Source of the DNA: the human T2T-CHM13v2.0 reference genome, Homo sapiens
DNA length: 64,000 nt
Assembly: GCF_009914755.1 (NCBI RefSeq)
Contig: NC_060937.1
Reading direction: 5' to 3' (one strand)
Below, in pieces: positions 27,285 through 41,385 of this stretch (position 1 is its first letter; each line of letters opens with the position of its first letter). A model generated the notes under the pieces. It was not told where the DNA came from, did not search any database, and was given only the letters and a program-made list of their open reading frames with translations. Position numbers and translations under genes: made by a program.

Positions 27285-27840
27285 TATGAGAAATATTTGT
27301 TATTTAAGCCATCCAATCTACAGAATTTTGTTATGGCAGCCACAATTGATGAAGAAAGTTTTTGATACTGACAAATAGGTTGCTGCTATAACCGATACTA
27401 AAAAATGTGGAAGCAGCTTTAAAGGTGATTCTGGTCAGGACTCACAAAGAAAAAAAGCAGGGCTATAGAGAATGATTCCATCTTCTTAAATAATACATAA
27501 ATAGTTATGTATAGTCTGTTGGAAGAAATGTAGGCACTAAAGGGTATTCTGATGAAGCCTCATGTAGAAATGGGAAACATTTTATTAGACAATAGAGAAA
27601 AGGCAATTTTTATTATAAATAAAGGAAGGCTGTCAAACTACTTAGATCCTACAGGACAGGGCTATAAAGCCATTTATCTGTAAACTTGTGATATTCTTCA
27701 AGAAAAGGGAAGAATGGCTCTCATGATGATTCATGAATTATCAAGGCCACCATCTCAGTTGCAATGTGCTGGACAGCCTCCAATCAGAACCATGGGAATG
27801 GAGCCATGTGGAGTTGACTGTGTATGTCTCCTGCCTGGCA
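27285..27840 (+). mobile_element. MLT1 LTR 3' end joined to MaLR internal sequence
   Basis: An LTR end (tgttatttaagccatccaatct...ttgttatggcagcc) runs into MaLR-int text (gctgctataaccgatactaaaaaatgtggaagcagcttt, gggtattctgatgaagcctca). Confidence 0.65.
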
Positions 27841-27942
27841 CATAATTATTATTTATATTAATATTGGTATTCTATACCAATATTATATTTTCCTGACTAC
27901 AGTGCTCACAATCTGTTTTCTTCACATTTTTATATAGACCAT

Positions 27943-28297
27943 TATATTAGTCTGTTCTCACACTGCTAATAAAGACATATGCAGCACAGGGTAATTTATG
28001 AAGAAAAGAGGTTTAACAGATGCACAGTTCCACATGGCTGGGGAGGCCTCACAATCATGGTGGAAGGCAAAGGAGAAGCAAAGGCACATCTTACATGGCA
28101 GCAGACAAGAGAGCTTGTGCAGGGAACTCCCATTTTTAAAACCATCACATCTCATGAGACTTATACATTACCACCAGACCAGTATGGGGGAAACTGCCCC
28201 CATGATTCAATTATCTCCACCTGACCTCACACTTGACATGTGGGGATTATTACAATTCAAGGTGAGATTTGGGTGGGGACACAGCCAAACCATACCA
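27943..28297 (-). mobile_element. THE1 (THE1C-like) solo LTR
   Basis: Complete element tatattagtctgttctcacactgct...gagatttgggtggggacacagccaaaccatacca, with 5 bp TSD accat at 27938-27942 and 28298-28302. Confidence 0.93.
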
Positions 28298-28374
28298 ACC
28301 ATTGACTACAGAATAAATAATTAAGGCTCACCTTATAAATATTAACTATTATAAAGCACTTTATATTATTATCA

Positions 28375-28615
28375 GTAGAGACAGGCAATCTAGTTGAACA
28401 AAAATTTGGCACAATGAAACCATCTTCTTTTCAGTCCTATCCTTAGCATTAATTACCTATGTGATCTTCAGTTGGGCTCTGTGATCTCTGCCTTGGGTTT
28501 TTCATGAGGATAATGATACTTAATCTATATGCTTCCTAGGAGTGTTGTGAACAAAATAACCCTGGTAGCGTAATTTGGAAATGTGGCAAATGATAAAATG
28601 TAACATACATTATTG
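28375..28615 (+). mobile_element. MIR fragment
   Basis: aattacctatgtgatcttcag...tctctgccttgggtttttcat...gataatgatactta. Confidence 0.5.
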
Positions 28616-30329
28616 CTGGCATAATTTTAATAGTTAAATAAATTTGATTATTTGAATAATAATAGACAAACTTAAATATAGCTGCCTCTCTGCTGGATAT
28701 GCAATTAAATTTGTTGTGAGCATCTGAGAGTGTTTTTGTCCTTTTGGTACTTTGAAATTTATTTCATATCTTAAAAATATTTACAGCAGAAACTATTTTA
28801 AAAATTATTATTCATTATTTAAGAATTTAAGTTCTGAAGGTAATGTTTTAACTTTAACCTCAGAAAAATCTATTTATAATTGTTTGTCTCGACCTGCTAA
28901 TGTCATTTAAGGTGCAAAGAATGAGCTGTGAGTTTGATTTTACATTAATCATGAGAACATTACCTTGACATTTAAAGAGAAAGAAAACATTTTATGGGAT
29001 TTCAGAAGAGCACTTAAAATATTGAAATGTCTCCTTGATAAAAAACAAAATGTTCTTCTTTTGTCTTTTGAAAATGCCCACATTCCTCTCCATAGAGACA
29101 TATGTCAACATATCCTACACAGATTGGGGTAAAGTAGCCCATAATTCTGCAGATTATCATTGGATTTTGCTGTGACCTCAAGCCATTATTTATCTTGAGA
29201 GATAGACAAGTAGGAAGTAATTTTCAAAATGGTCTGCTTTGAGAATGAGGAAATTAAGCTGCTTTAATTTATATTTAAATTTAAATTTATATTTAAAAAT
29301 ATAGATGAATCAACCTTTTTAAAGTGGAGTTAATTTACTTTAATGAGATTATAAATTTTGAGGGTGATTGACAGATATATTTATCATCCTCACACAGTGG
29401 TTCCTACGGTGTGAGCCATAGAGGAGTTCAAGTGGGAGTTAGATATTGCAATGAAGGCAGGTATCAGAAACGGTCTGAAAAGCCATATGCATGACTATAT
29501 ACTGAAGAGTTCATTTTTCAAGTTTGTGCTGATATGTATGTATATATGTCACTTTAAATATACATGAATTTGTATTCTATAAAATACGTATGAAATATAA
29601 ATTCATTTGGCATTTGTCATTATCAGTTTTCTTAATCTGTGGCTACTAAAATCACTAACAGCAGCTGAAGGCCTGCTTTTTTTTAAGTTTAATGACTGTC
29701 AAAAACTAATGCTGATCTTAACAACTGAGAGGATACAATACTTGAGAAAGGAGTTGTCAATATCAATTTGTAAACAAAGATGAAATTATTCTTGAAACAC
29801 ATTAGGAAGATTATTCCCTTCAGTCTCCAAATTTTATATAGTTAGTTTTAAAAGGAATAATCATTGACATATTCACTATGTTCACAGATACATAAAAATG
29901 TAAAAGTAAATACATCTATACACAAATGGGAAAATATTTTAAAATATTTAAAATATCAATATCAATAATGTTTTGGATGGTAAATTGTGTTCTTTTTCAG
30001 TTTTCTTTTAAAGTTTCCAATGATTTATATTAAAAAAAGTTGCTGTTATAACTAAAAAGAAAAATTTTAAGTAAGCCAAAGCACTCTACACGGCAAAAGC
30101 TGAATCTTTCTTTTCCCCATTTTGATTATTTTATCTTTCTTTAGATAGTTGTAAGGACTTATACTAACACAATCCAAGCTAAGACTAGAAAATATTCAAA
30201 TATTTATTTATTGAAGAATGTTTATTGAGAAACAAGTATCTGAAGCTATGGAGTATTTGGGGTTAATTCAAGAATGCAATAATTGTGGTTCATTTACTTG
30301 CAGAATTTAAAGCCTAAAAGGATTATGGA

Positions 30330-30575
30330 AATTACAATTGCAACAAACAATACAATCAGAAAGATAAAATCTAAAACTAAAGGAAAATAATGAGCTATAA
30401 TAAATATGACAGATATTTCATACTCTCCATGTATAAAGAGTTCATAAACATTGATAACAAAATCACAGAAATTTCAGTCTAAAAATGGCCAGATTCAGGA
30501 ATAGACAAAAATGTAAGTAATGAATGTGAAAAAAGATGCCAATATTTAACTTTATTTTATGCGACTACAATGAAG
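30330..30575 (+). mobile_element. Old L1M 3' ORF2 fragment
   Basis: tgacagat...tataaagagttcata...aaaaatggccag...gaatagac resembles the L1 ORF2 C-terminal region. Confidence 0.45.
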
Positions 30576-33004
30576 CACAAATCTCTCTGTGTGTGTGTCT
30601 TTCTCATCTTCTTTCTCCCTCTGTCTTTTTCTTGCCCTCTTTTTCTCTCATTGGTCAAGATAAGGTTGACAAGGCTGTGCTGGTTCCCTCACACGAGCTT
30701 TCCAGAATGCAATTTTATAATTTTTAAAATATATTAAAATGTTCACTATAATATAAGAAAATAATTTTTCTAATGACCAAGTAAAAGTAGTCAGAAATTC
30801 AAACCAATATATTCAAGCCATTAATAATCACTTACACATATATAACACAGGTAATATTATTTTTAAAATTAGTATACTCTTTTCCTGTACAGTTTCATAT
30901 ACTAATCTTCTCCATGTTTTCCTGAGGCATTTATCTGTAGGGATGAGGAGGGTACAGGGGAGGAGGCTTTGAAGGACAGGGCATAAGGATTGTTAGAGCA
31001 GAGTTTATTATTTAACTTCTGGTATCCAAAACAGAATTTTTGAAGGTGCAGCAGAAAAATCTTTGCATGCCAGGCTTTGTGAAGGAAAATATAGTTTTCT
31101 AAATTCCTTAGGACATATCAAAAGTCAAGCCTCATGGGAACAAAGGGACATTTTGCTACAGACCAGAGAAGAGCTCTCTTCTGCCCATGACTTAGCCATG
31201 AGGCAACAGGAGACAAATGACAAGGTCCAGAAGTGATGCTGGTCACACCTTGTGACCCCATACAGACCTTGAGAAACCCAGAATCTCCCCTGTGCCCTGT
31301 GAGGTCACACAGAATTACCAGTAGCTGAAGTCTAGAAGGAGGGAGAAGACACAAATGTCTGGTATGTGGTTTCCAACGACATGTACCAGAGATTTACCCC
31401 AAACTGCCAAGAGACCCTGTCATTCTTTAGTAATCAAGAATCACATCCTAGACCAATTCTGTTATTTCACTAAAGAAACTAGGGGGTACCCAAAAGATAC
31501 CATGCAGATTTGAAGAATTATTTCTCAATTCAGTGAAAAACAGTAAGCCCTGATTACAAATTCTTAGGCCATTGGAAGGCCTTGAAATTGACACTCATCC
31601 GTAACATTTATATTTGTTTCCAGGGAGTGATACCACAATAAACGATATTTTCTATCATTATTTTAGGCCACTCCTATTATTGATTTGGGGATAATTCTTG
31701 ATTGTACTTAGACCTTTTAGGGATTAGATCTTCATCTAGAGAATTATCGTTTTATTTAAGGCAATATTGTGCAGGTTTCCTTTTTACCTTTTTTTCCTTT
31801 TGTAAGCTGTACCAACCAATATTTTGTTTCACAGTAAAATGCAGGCAACCTCACCATGCTCTTTATTTTATGTCATTGTTAACATTCAAGTATGAGATAC
31901 TTGAATACTTACTTTAGATGCATTTTTTTCCTGTAACAGCAAGACATGATTCAGACACTTTACATTGTCCTCTCCAACAAAGATGTTAGTAATACTTAAT
32001 TTGGAATTTAAATACCAGGATTTTAGTGTATGATGCTACAAGACTCTTCAATCATGAGTGTGTATATTGCTGTTAGATAATAATGTTCAAATCTGCATTT
32101 GATTTCACAATTATATTACTCAAGCAAAACATATGCTTCCACATAAGTGTATTGTATCCTAAAAACACATGAACTCATTCAAGTTCACCCAAAATTGCAG
32201 TATCATAATAAATTGACCAAAGTGTTAAAATTTCATAAAGGAATAATGATGAAAAGTCCATTTTAACTTCTGATATGCCAACACTACTTTAGAGAGTATT
32301 TCTTATGCTAGTAACTACTATACTTATCATCATGGTGCACAGTCTCTCTATTTTTATAAAAATCTTTGTTATCTGTTAATGTCTTCATTATTTGATAATA
32401 TTTATATATAAAGAAACAAACACTGGCAAAATATAAAATTTGATACCACTAATTATTATTAGGGTTACTAGATGTAAGTTTTCTTCTATTCACAAGGTAA
32501 ACCAAAGATATGCCTTTAAATGATGAATTTGCCCCATTTCAGGAAAGAGGTAGACAGTAGAGTCTTTCCTAGCATAGATTAATATCTGATGATTACAGAG
32601 CCCTTAGCCTTCTGCCTTGAGGGATGGACCTCATCTCTTCAAATTCACGTTCTGATTAAAAGGAAGATAAATGAAAACTATGTTCTTTTTTCTTTCCTGC
32701 CCATTTCTAAACAGACATACACATCTAAATTCCATTTACTTATCTTATGTAAGTTCTCAGACCCACCATGCCCACAACATATTGCCATCTTTCTTTCAGT
32801 CTGTGCAGTAGCTCAGACCCAGTGTAAAGAATGCACGAGATGGTTCTGTTTCAAAATTAATTAGAAAAGATGAGAGTCAAAAACTTTCATTGAAGAATAA
32901 GCCAGAAAGAACTTGGATAAGAGAGCAGTCTCAGGGGGTCCTAATTAGGAAAGTTGGGATGGGTAAGAAATAGCTTGCTCTGTTTTTACATATGAAAAAG
33001 TTCT

Positions 33005-33210
33005 GGATTAGGAAGAGCCTAGGGACTTTGAATCAGAATACACAGGGTTTTATTCCAGTGCTGACACTGAGAGGTGTGTCATCTCTGGCATGACTTGTAA
33101 CCTCTCCTTAATAGAGATATCTGACTCACAAGTTTTCAGGATTCCCTCAGACGATCAGCATAATAGGATTTTTTGAAATAGGATGTAGTACATTAGTGTA
33201 AGTTGTCATT
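33005..33210 (+). mobile_element. MIR fragment
   Basis: gaagagcctagggactttgaatcagaa...gggttttattccagtgctgacact...tgtgtcatctctggca. Confidence 0.6.
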
Positions 33211-34522
33211 AAGTTAGAAAAGTTATGGCTCAATATTCATAGTGGATGGCTTATTTGCTTAGGTAATACTTTGGAGATAACTTGAAATTGCCTATTATTA
33301 CATTTTATTTTTGATAAATATATTCCTGTATGTGTTCCTCTCCTCTGAGTTCATAGGAAATGATTGATTGTACAAGTCAATTCACTTAACATTGTTGACT
33401 GCTTACTGTTGACTGCTTACTGTGTGTCAGGCATTTCGCTAAAAAAAAAAAGAATAAATAATTTTTCTATGTAATATAATAATTCTAATTTTTTTCTCTA
33501 TTTTATACATATGAAACTGTGGCTTGGAGGAGTGAATCTCAGGGTACTATTTTTATATATTAAAGTGGTGTGTTTCCCCTCATATATTTCTTGTTGCTCA
33601 GTAACTTTTTCCCTATTCATCCACAGTTAGTATATTTTATGCCCAATGCCTCAGGGATTTAAGATACCATAGAATTTTGTAATTTCTGATAAAAAAAATT
33701 TCCATTTGTTTCTCAAACTGTAGTCTAACGATAAACTGTACTAAATATTATGTTGAACTCTTACAACATAAGAAAGTTTTACAAATATCTTACATTATTT
33801 TATTTAATCCTCTGAAAAACACTGGGAGCTGTATGTTGTAATTACACATATTCTATAGATACCTTCCCTGTGACATTTTATAAAAATCTTACAAAGACCT
33901 GAAATCCGTATCTCTCTCAGGTCACTTGGATATTAAGAAATAGAGTAAGGTTTCAAACCTTTCTAACCAGCCTCACACCAAATGACATTGGAGACTAGAG
34001 GGAGTCTTCTCCTCTATAATCAAGGCTTTTAAATGAACCCAATTAAGGGTTAAAGATGAAAAAACTCAGCATACTTGGAGATCCAGTGGTGAACCTGTGC
34101 ACTTGTAATGTGGTTAGACCCTGGAGAAATTGCAAGAGCCCAGAGTTCCCTAAGCATGCTATCAAGTGGAGTAGAAAAAAATGTTAATTTGGTACTTCTA
34201 GGCAGATGGCCACAATTTAACTTGTTGACATCATCCATTTGCTCCAGCATTTCAAGTAAAAAATAGTATGATTTTTTGCTGATCCAAAGGAAAATGTAGA
34301 GCTGGTGTAACATGCCACAATTCTGCTAAGTTTCCGAGCTCCGGGAGAGAACAGGATCTGCCAAAACTTCACAGTACCTCTAAGGTGGGGAGATGCAAAG
34401 GTGGGAATGGCAGAACAAATAAGAGGTGTGGGAGGGGCAGAACAAATCTGAGATTCCCGCAGCAGTGATCTGAATGTACGGAAATCAGAAGAGACAATAG
34501 AACAACTCCGAAGACAGAGTTT

Positions 34523-34914
<392 letters not shown>

Positions 34915-34929
34915 TGAAATTAGCCCATT

Positions 34930-35235
34930 ATTTTCCAATATCCTATAACTGAAGAATATGTGGTAAAAGTAAAATGCACGTGTTTAAAGTGCCCATCAAG
35001 TTCAGTGAATCTTGGCAAATGTGTATCTTCCTATAATTACCAATCCAGTCCTATGAAGCTATAGATCATGCCCATCACCCCAGGTAGTTCTATAGTGACC
35101 TCATCTAGTACATCCTACAGTCAGAGGCAGATACCTTTCCTATTGGTTCTTGCTTTTTCTAGATTGTTTTGACTATCCTACATGTATGCATTTCCATATA
35201 AATTTTAGTATCACCTTGATAATTTCTTCAAAAAG
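34930..35235 (-). mobile_element. Old L1M fragments (3' UTR and ORF2)
   Basis: aagtaaaatgcacgtgtttaaagtg...gttcagtgaatcttggcaaatgtgtat; tgcatttccatataaattttagtatca. Confidence 0.5.
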
Positions 35236-35609
35236 ACTTTCACCTGGCAGGAATGAAACTCTACATTTTGTCTCCTTAGTAGTCAGTGCCTGCCGATATT
35301 TCTACTCTGCTGTCAGGCTTCAAGCTCTTGCTTCTTCCGAGAAGCTTGAAAGCCTAGCTCCATGTATGGACAGTTCAAAAAACAGCCAAGAGTCCGAGAA
35401 GAGTTTGTGTGCAGATTTTTGACTCCCTTATTTGTAACTCCCTCTTCTCTAATTTTTTTTTTTCTCAATTTCTAGTTGCTGTTGACCTTGAACTCTGGCC
35501 TCCGGCTTCTTATTCCATTATGACTCCACGATTTGCTTGAGCACTATTTTATGGGCACTGTCTGGAAGGAAAAAAGCTGGGTAGATCTAGGTTTCATACA
35601 ATCTAACTA

Positions 35610-35790
35610 TCTTTCTTTCTTCTTTCTTTCTTTCTTTCCTTGTTTCCTTCTTTCTTTCTCTCTTTCTTTCTCTTTCTTTCTTTCTTTCTTTCTTTCTTTT
35701 TCTTTCTTTCTCTCTTTCTCTCTCTCCCTCCCTCCCTCCTTCTTTTCTTTTTCTTCTTTCTTTCTTTCCTGTTTCATTCTTTTTTTTTCT
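35610..35790. repeat. (CTTT)n / CT-rich polypyrimidine tract
   Basis: ~180 bp of almost pure C/T, the expanded tail of the adjacent Alu monomer. Confidence 0.95.
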
Positions 35791-35880
35791 TGGAGAGAAA
35801 AAGGATCTCACTATGTTGCCCCGACTGGCCTCAAACTTCTGGCCTCAAGCAATCTTCCCCCACCTCAGCCTCCTAAGGAG
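35791..35880 (-). mobile_element. FLAM/AluJ monomer fragment
   Basis: ggatctcactatgttgccccgactggcctcaaacttctggcctcaagcaatcttccccacctcagcctcc. Confidence 0.8.
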
Positions 35881-37168
35881 GCTGGTCCACCACTTCACCC
35901 AGTCCTTTTCTTCTTTCAAGCATCATATACCTTTTGGTTTCTGCCTGGTTTGGGTCACCCTCCTGTGTCTTCAAACAGTTACTTTAAAAAAAATAATTTG
36001 TCTGGAAAGCATAATTGTCTTTGGAAGAAGCTTTAATTTTCTATATGATATCCTAATATTTCCAGAAGCTAGACCTGTCATCTACTTTTTACAAATTCAC
36101 GAAATATTTTATTTGCAATCTGTTAAGAACACTGCCTTTTCCACACTGACTTCCTCTCTACCACCTCTCCACTTGAGTAGGGTGGTATTAGAGTGGTTGC
36201 AGGCATTTTAGGGACCTGGCAAAGAGAGTGAAATTGGCAATACATATAGTTGGAATTCACTGGCATATATTTAGGTGATTCTTAAGTATACTGTATTCTT
36301 GCTAGCCTCCTGTGAGTGAAGGACTTTCAGGAATAATTTTACTACCCACTTCACTTTCTTAGCTGGTATAATAACCTGAGTGTATGTTGCCAGAGATTAC
36401 CTAGCAATGGAAGTATATGGGTAGTGGAAATAAGATTTGAAATGTGCAGAATCATAAGATATTCCATGAGATATCATCTCTACCAGAAGATTTTCTCTTC
36501 CAGTTGTACTTGATGGTGCAGTATATATACTTATTAATGTCATACATAAAGTTAGATCTATAAGAATCATACATATAGAATTTACCAGAACCCCTTCATT
36601 TGTAGGTGACAAACCTTTAGAACTATAATGAACGGTGAATTTTTCTTCATGTGAAATCATATTTTGTGATCACAATTATCAATAAAAAATATCAAAATTC
36701 AAGAGGGAAACACAAGTTACCTATTTCCTCCGCAGTAATTATATTTTAAAAATACTTGTTTTAAAAAGATAATGGGTTCCATTAAAACTGAGTCAAAATT
36801 GTAAACAACAAGAAGTTTAACAGAGTGAGTTGTTATTTCTCTGGAAGTTATGCTATTCAAGCTGATGTTGATCAGCTTTTTGACAGTTGTAAAATGTAAT
36901 AATATATTTCTGCATTCTAAATATATATTTTCCTTTAGATCTAATTTTATGTTCATAATTCTGTCTTATTTTAATTAAACCCTCCACTGAATGTATAATA
37001 ATCAGTAGTTACAAAACCTGGATTCACTCCTGGATGACATAAATTTCAGTCTGTCTGCGTATGCAGTTGATATGATATGACAGCTGAAGATCTTCTCTCC
37101 CCCAAGCCTCTTACCTTGATTCCACATAGATCTTCAGTGCTCAGAAATAATGATAAAAAACCTGCACT

Positions 37169-37468
37169 GGCAGGCACAGTGACTCATACCTGTAATCCCA
37201 GCACATTGGGAGGCAAAGGCAGGAGAATTGATTGCTTGAGGCCAGGAGTACGAGACCAGCCTGGACAACATAGAGCAACCCATCTCTACAAAAGAAAAAA
37301 AAAATTAGCTGGGCATAGTCGCATGTGTCTGTAGTCCCAGCAGCTAGGGAGGCGGAGATGGGAGGATCCTTTGAACCCAGGAGTTCCAGACTACAGTGAG
37401 CTATGATCAGACCACTACCCTGCAGTGTGGGTGACAGAGCAAGACTCTGTCTCAAGAAAAAAACAAAC
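37169..37468 (+). mobile_element. Alu SINE, AluJ
   Basis: J diagnostics (gcttgaggccaggag, gtgagctatgatc). Degenerate TSD aaaaa.cctgca.t on both sides. Confidence 0.92.
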
Positions 37469-37957
37469 AAAAAACCCTGCATTAACAGAGTTTGGTTTTT
37501 AACATCCCATGGAATATTTATCATAAAAGAAATTAAATTTAATCATGAAAAAGTAAACTTATACTTGCTTTTGGGCCTGAGATAAGTACTCATTACGGAG
37601 GCTTAACGTCCACAAAACTAGTCAATAGTGGAGCCGAGTTTCACATTTAAGTCTTTGAGTTTCACAGAGTCTTTAATATGGGAATAATGAAAATATAGAT
37701 GTTGTGCCAACTACATTTGCCAGCTATGTGTATTCCTAAAGTCCTTTTGAATATAAGAATATATACATGTGAGAATTCATAGTCTTGTGAGAGAAAATAC
37801 TTTTGAGAAATGAAATTATAGCCTTTATTTTTTGTTTTATATAGCAAATATTTATATGATATACAAGCGACCTTTATGAGTTTTTTAGAAATGTTAGTAA
37901 TATAATTTTTGTAACAATTTGATGAGAAAGGTATTGTTGTTTTATTTGCTTTTGCAG

Positions 37958-38495
37958 TGTCAGGAACTATGAAGCATTGGAGATTTTATCTTGCTTTCTA
38001 GTTAGCCTGCCCAGTTTCATAGATGCTGACAGAAAACACAAACGTGAAGGGTCAGAGACAGAAAACTTCATTACTAATGGTGCGGCAGCTGCAAGAACTT
38101 CATGTTCACCTCAGTTTCACTTGCTCTCCCCAACCCAAGTCCCATGAGGGAGATGGTTAGGCAGGGGCCAGGCAAACACTGTACACAGTAGGTTTGGATC
38201 AAAAATAAGTAGCACCAAGCTCCATAAAACCTGTCTTACTAGGTTGGTGCAAAAGTTATTGCAGTTTTTGCCATCAAAAGTAATGGCAAAAACCACAATG
38301 ACTTTTGTGACTGCAATCAAACCTGCCCAAAGGTTTGGGAGGGAGGGAGTCATTAATCTATGTTGTTCTAATCAGGAAACAAATCTGCCTTATGACCCAC
38401 AGGGAGACCCTGTCACTATTTTGCAAGACTGTTTGCTTTCTAAATATCCTTGAAAAGTTGCCAAGACAAAATCTGTCACCAGACATGTGGGGGTG
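37958..38495 (-). mobile_element. Old ERVL-class LTR (LTR40-like), interrupted by MADE1
   Basis: tgtcaggaactatgaag...gagattttatc...agttagcctgcccagtttcatagatgctgacaga...gggtcagagaca. Subfamily recalled from memory and uncertain. Confidence 0.5.
38239..38308. mobile_element. MADE1 (Hsmar1-derived MITE), right end truncated
   Basis: taggttggtgcaaaagttattgcagtttttgccat-caaaagta-atggcaaaaaccacaatgacttttg forms the MADE1 palindrome. The final caccaacctaa is missing. Confidence 0.9.
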
Positions 38496-38499
38496 CCAT

Positions 38500-38650
38500 G
38501 AGGAATTGTCCCTTAATATACAGATGAGGAAACAGAAGTTAAGTAAGTTTTCCATGATGCGATGCCTCCATTAGCATCGCATAGAATTGGGATTACAAAC
38601 CTGGAAAGGCAGGCTCCAGAGCCCATGTTCTTAAGCACTACTCCTCCTTT
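38500..38650 (-). mobile_element. MIR fragment
   Basis: tacagatgaggaaacagaagttaagtaag...gggattacaaacctgg...ggctccagagcccatgttcttaagcacta. Confidence 0.7.
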
Positions 38651-39965
38651 GTAGTACCTCTCCAAGTGTGAGCAGGTGCATCACTGAAGGCTGAACTGAT
38701 TCATAAACTTGACTTTCTATTAGGTGTCAGGTACTAAAGGGCTTTTCTGGGGAGGGGGTTGGAGTAAAAGTTTCCCAAGGGAGATATTCTAAGCCTCCTC
38801 GTAAATCAGTAGGCGTCTGTCGCCTAAACACATCTAGGAGATTTTCTCTTTTATTCCTCAAAATCCTAACAGATAGGGCTGCATCAGACTTACCTTCTTC
38901 TCTACCTAGGAGCATAGTCTTCACAAAACTATTTTTCACACAAATAGTGTTGATTCTGCAAATAACACAAAGCAACAGACTCATAAAATCTTGTACTAAA
39001 AGGGGTCACTGGCTGTCCTTATAAATTAACAAGTAAACAATCTAAGGCCTAAAGCAGTTGAATGAAATGCTCACAGCCATACATTTAGTAAGGAACAAAA
39101 TCAGCATAAGAGAACTTCTGCTTTTAACTTTAGTTCTGTGTGCTTTCCACCATACGGTGAAAATGAGCCTCAGACTTCTACATCTTATGCTGTTTTCTGT
39201 CCCGGAACTGTTTGAAAAACCGTATCACAAGTCTTGTTAAGCAGTAAGGAACAACCCAAGAAAAAAATTAGAACTTGATAGATTTTTTTTTTAATCTAAG
39301 GACCAAGAGTATAAAAGCCCAGATTTAATTAATGGATTTTTAAATATCTCTAAGTTTTAACTGTACTCAAATTACTCACCAAGACAAGAAACATTTTCTG
39401 GATCTAGTAAAGCAATTACAGAAACAAATACTCTCTCTTTAGTAAAAGGAAAAAGTCCCAGGAAGAAGTCCTATTTATATTTATTTCCCTTGAGGCTTTT
39501 TTTTTTCCTCTGGAAATGAGTTTTAAGGAGAAATGAAATTTTGGGACTGGATGACTCAATTATGTAAATGCACTAATTATATATGGAACAGATCCTATTT
39601 CATATGTTTTCTTTTTTCTTCTTCTCCTAACTAGAAGAAGTGTTTTTAGATACATGTGTTGTCCAGGGTTCCAAGGGGTTGAATGTTCTACATATGTGCA
39701 ACATTTAGAAATACAGTTCCATTAACTGTGTCCTCTATAGCTCTTCTATGTATGGTTATTTCGTAATAGGTAATATAATTTTAGTATCAGTGAGATGCAT
39801 TACTGAAAGTTTCCACAGACCTTCCACCTAATTTGAAAACACTACACTATTATAGCCTCATAAGTAGATTATTAGGTTTAAGTTTATGCTAGAGGAAGTT
39901 TAAAAGCTGATATTCTTCCTCTATAGGATCATGACCATCACTGTTCCTTAAAAACCAAATGTGCT

Positions 39966-40278
<313 letters not shown>

Positions 40279-40349
40279 AACCAAATGTGCTTCACTGTTG
40301 GTAAATTAACACCACTGTTTGAAGTATCATTTTTAAATCAGGATACACT

Positions 40350-40470
40350 TGTGTATATATAACTATATCATATCTAGATATTGATGTATATCATAAATCT
40401 ATATCATATCTAGATATATATCATATCTCTACCTCACATATATGATATAGATGTACATCATATACATATG
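40350..40470. repeat. AT-rich degenerate tandem repeat (tatcatatctagata)
   Basis: The unit tatcatatct recurs three times, two of them containing the palindrome atatctagatat. Confidence 0.75.
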
Positions 40471-41089
40471 ACAAGTCAGAACAGTAATGCCACTATATGG
40501 TTATTTTTGAAATACATAGTTTATATTTTAAAAGAATAGAAATATTCTTCTGAAAGAACATTTGAAAGAACCCCAGGACTCGTTTCAAACATTATTGTAA
40601 AGTAGATGAAATCGGTTTTCAAGGATCTCTGTCTCAGTTCCTCCCTGCTCTTTATTCAATGGGCCCATGCTCTTCCATTCACATTTTTCATTTCCTAAAT
40701 TGAAATCTCCTCTAAGTTTCCTAATTGAATATGTTATAGCCAACTCATATTTCAAGAATATGCATCACAGGAAGTTTTTATTTTGAAGGAGGGATAAAAA
40801 GCTATAAAAAGCTTTAAATTAAAAGGATTAAGGTCCAATATTTGCCTGTCCTGCAGGCCAAAATGTCCACCCCTTCATGTTCTGTGAAAAGACTAGATAA
40901 TGTTGGAAATTAAAAGTTTTCACTTCAAGCTTTGATATAGTGTCAAATGACTTGGTTGGTTGCGGTCAACTTGGCACCATTGATAGACTTTTCAAAATCT
41001 AACTGCTTTTCTTAGAATTCCTCCCTTGTACTACTAATGGTAATTTGCTGATAAAAGGGGCCCATGAGAGATTTGCAAGATGGAAGTGA

Positions 41090-41385
41090 AACAGATGCCA
41101 GGATGTTCAGTGTCAGGGCAGAGGGACGTGGCATGCTGCCAGGGACTTCTGGCCATGGGGTTTGCAGCCTTCCCCAAGCTGTATCGTTTCCTTCCTCCAC
41201 TGCATGATGTCCTGCTATTGGACTAAGCATACTGTTACAGCATCTGATTCTGGCTGAAGTCTTCTGGTTCTTTAGAATTTCAGCTTCCTCCACACTGGTG
41301 GAAAGCCTAATTCTACACAAAACTCCTTATTTCCGTAATAGTTGTAGTGGTTTTGCTTTTCTAGTCAAATCCAGCCTGCAACAGC
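41090..41385 (+). mobile_element. Old ERVL LTR fragment (LTR33-like)
   Basis: The 3' end aactccttatttccgtaatagttgtagtggttttgcttttct resembles LTR33. Locally GC-richer than the flanks. Confidence 0.4.

Noticed and set aside
35533-36036. 167-aa ORF (longest in the track) and overlapping ORFs
   Set aside because: Translation of the (CTTT)n tract plus an Alu monomer, giving F/S/L or K/E/R low complexity
38810-38826. Small hairpin taggcg-tctgt-cgccta
   Set aside because: Only a 6 bp stem, at chance level
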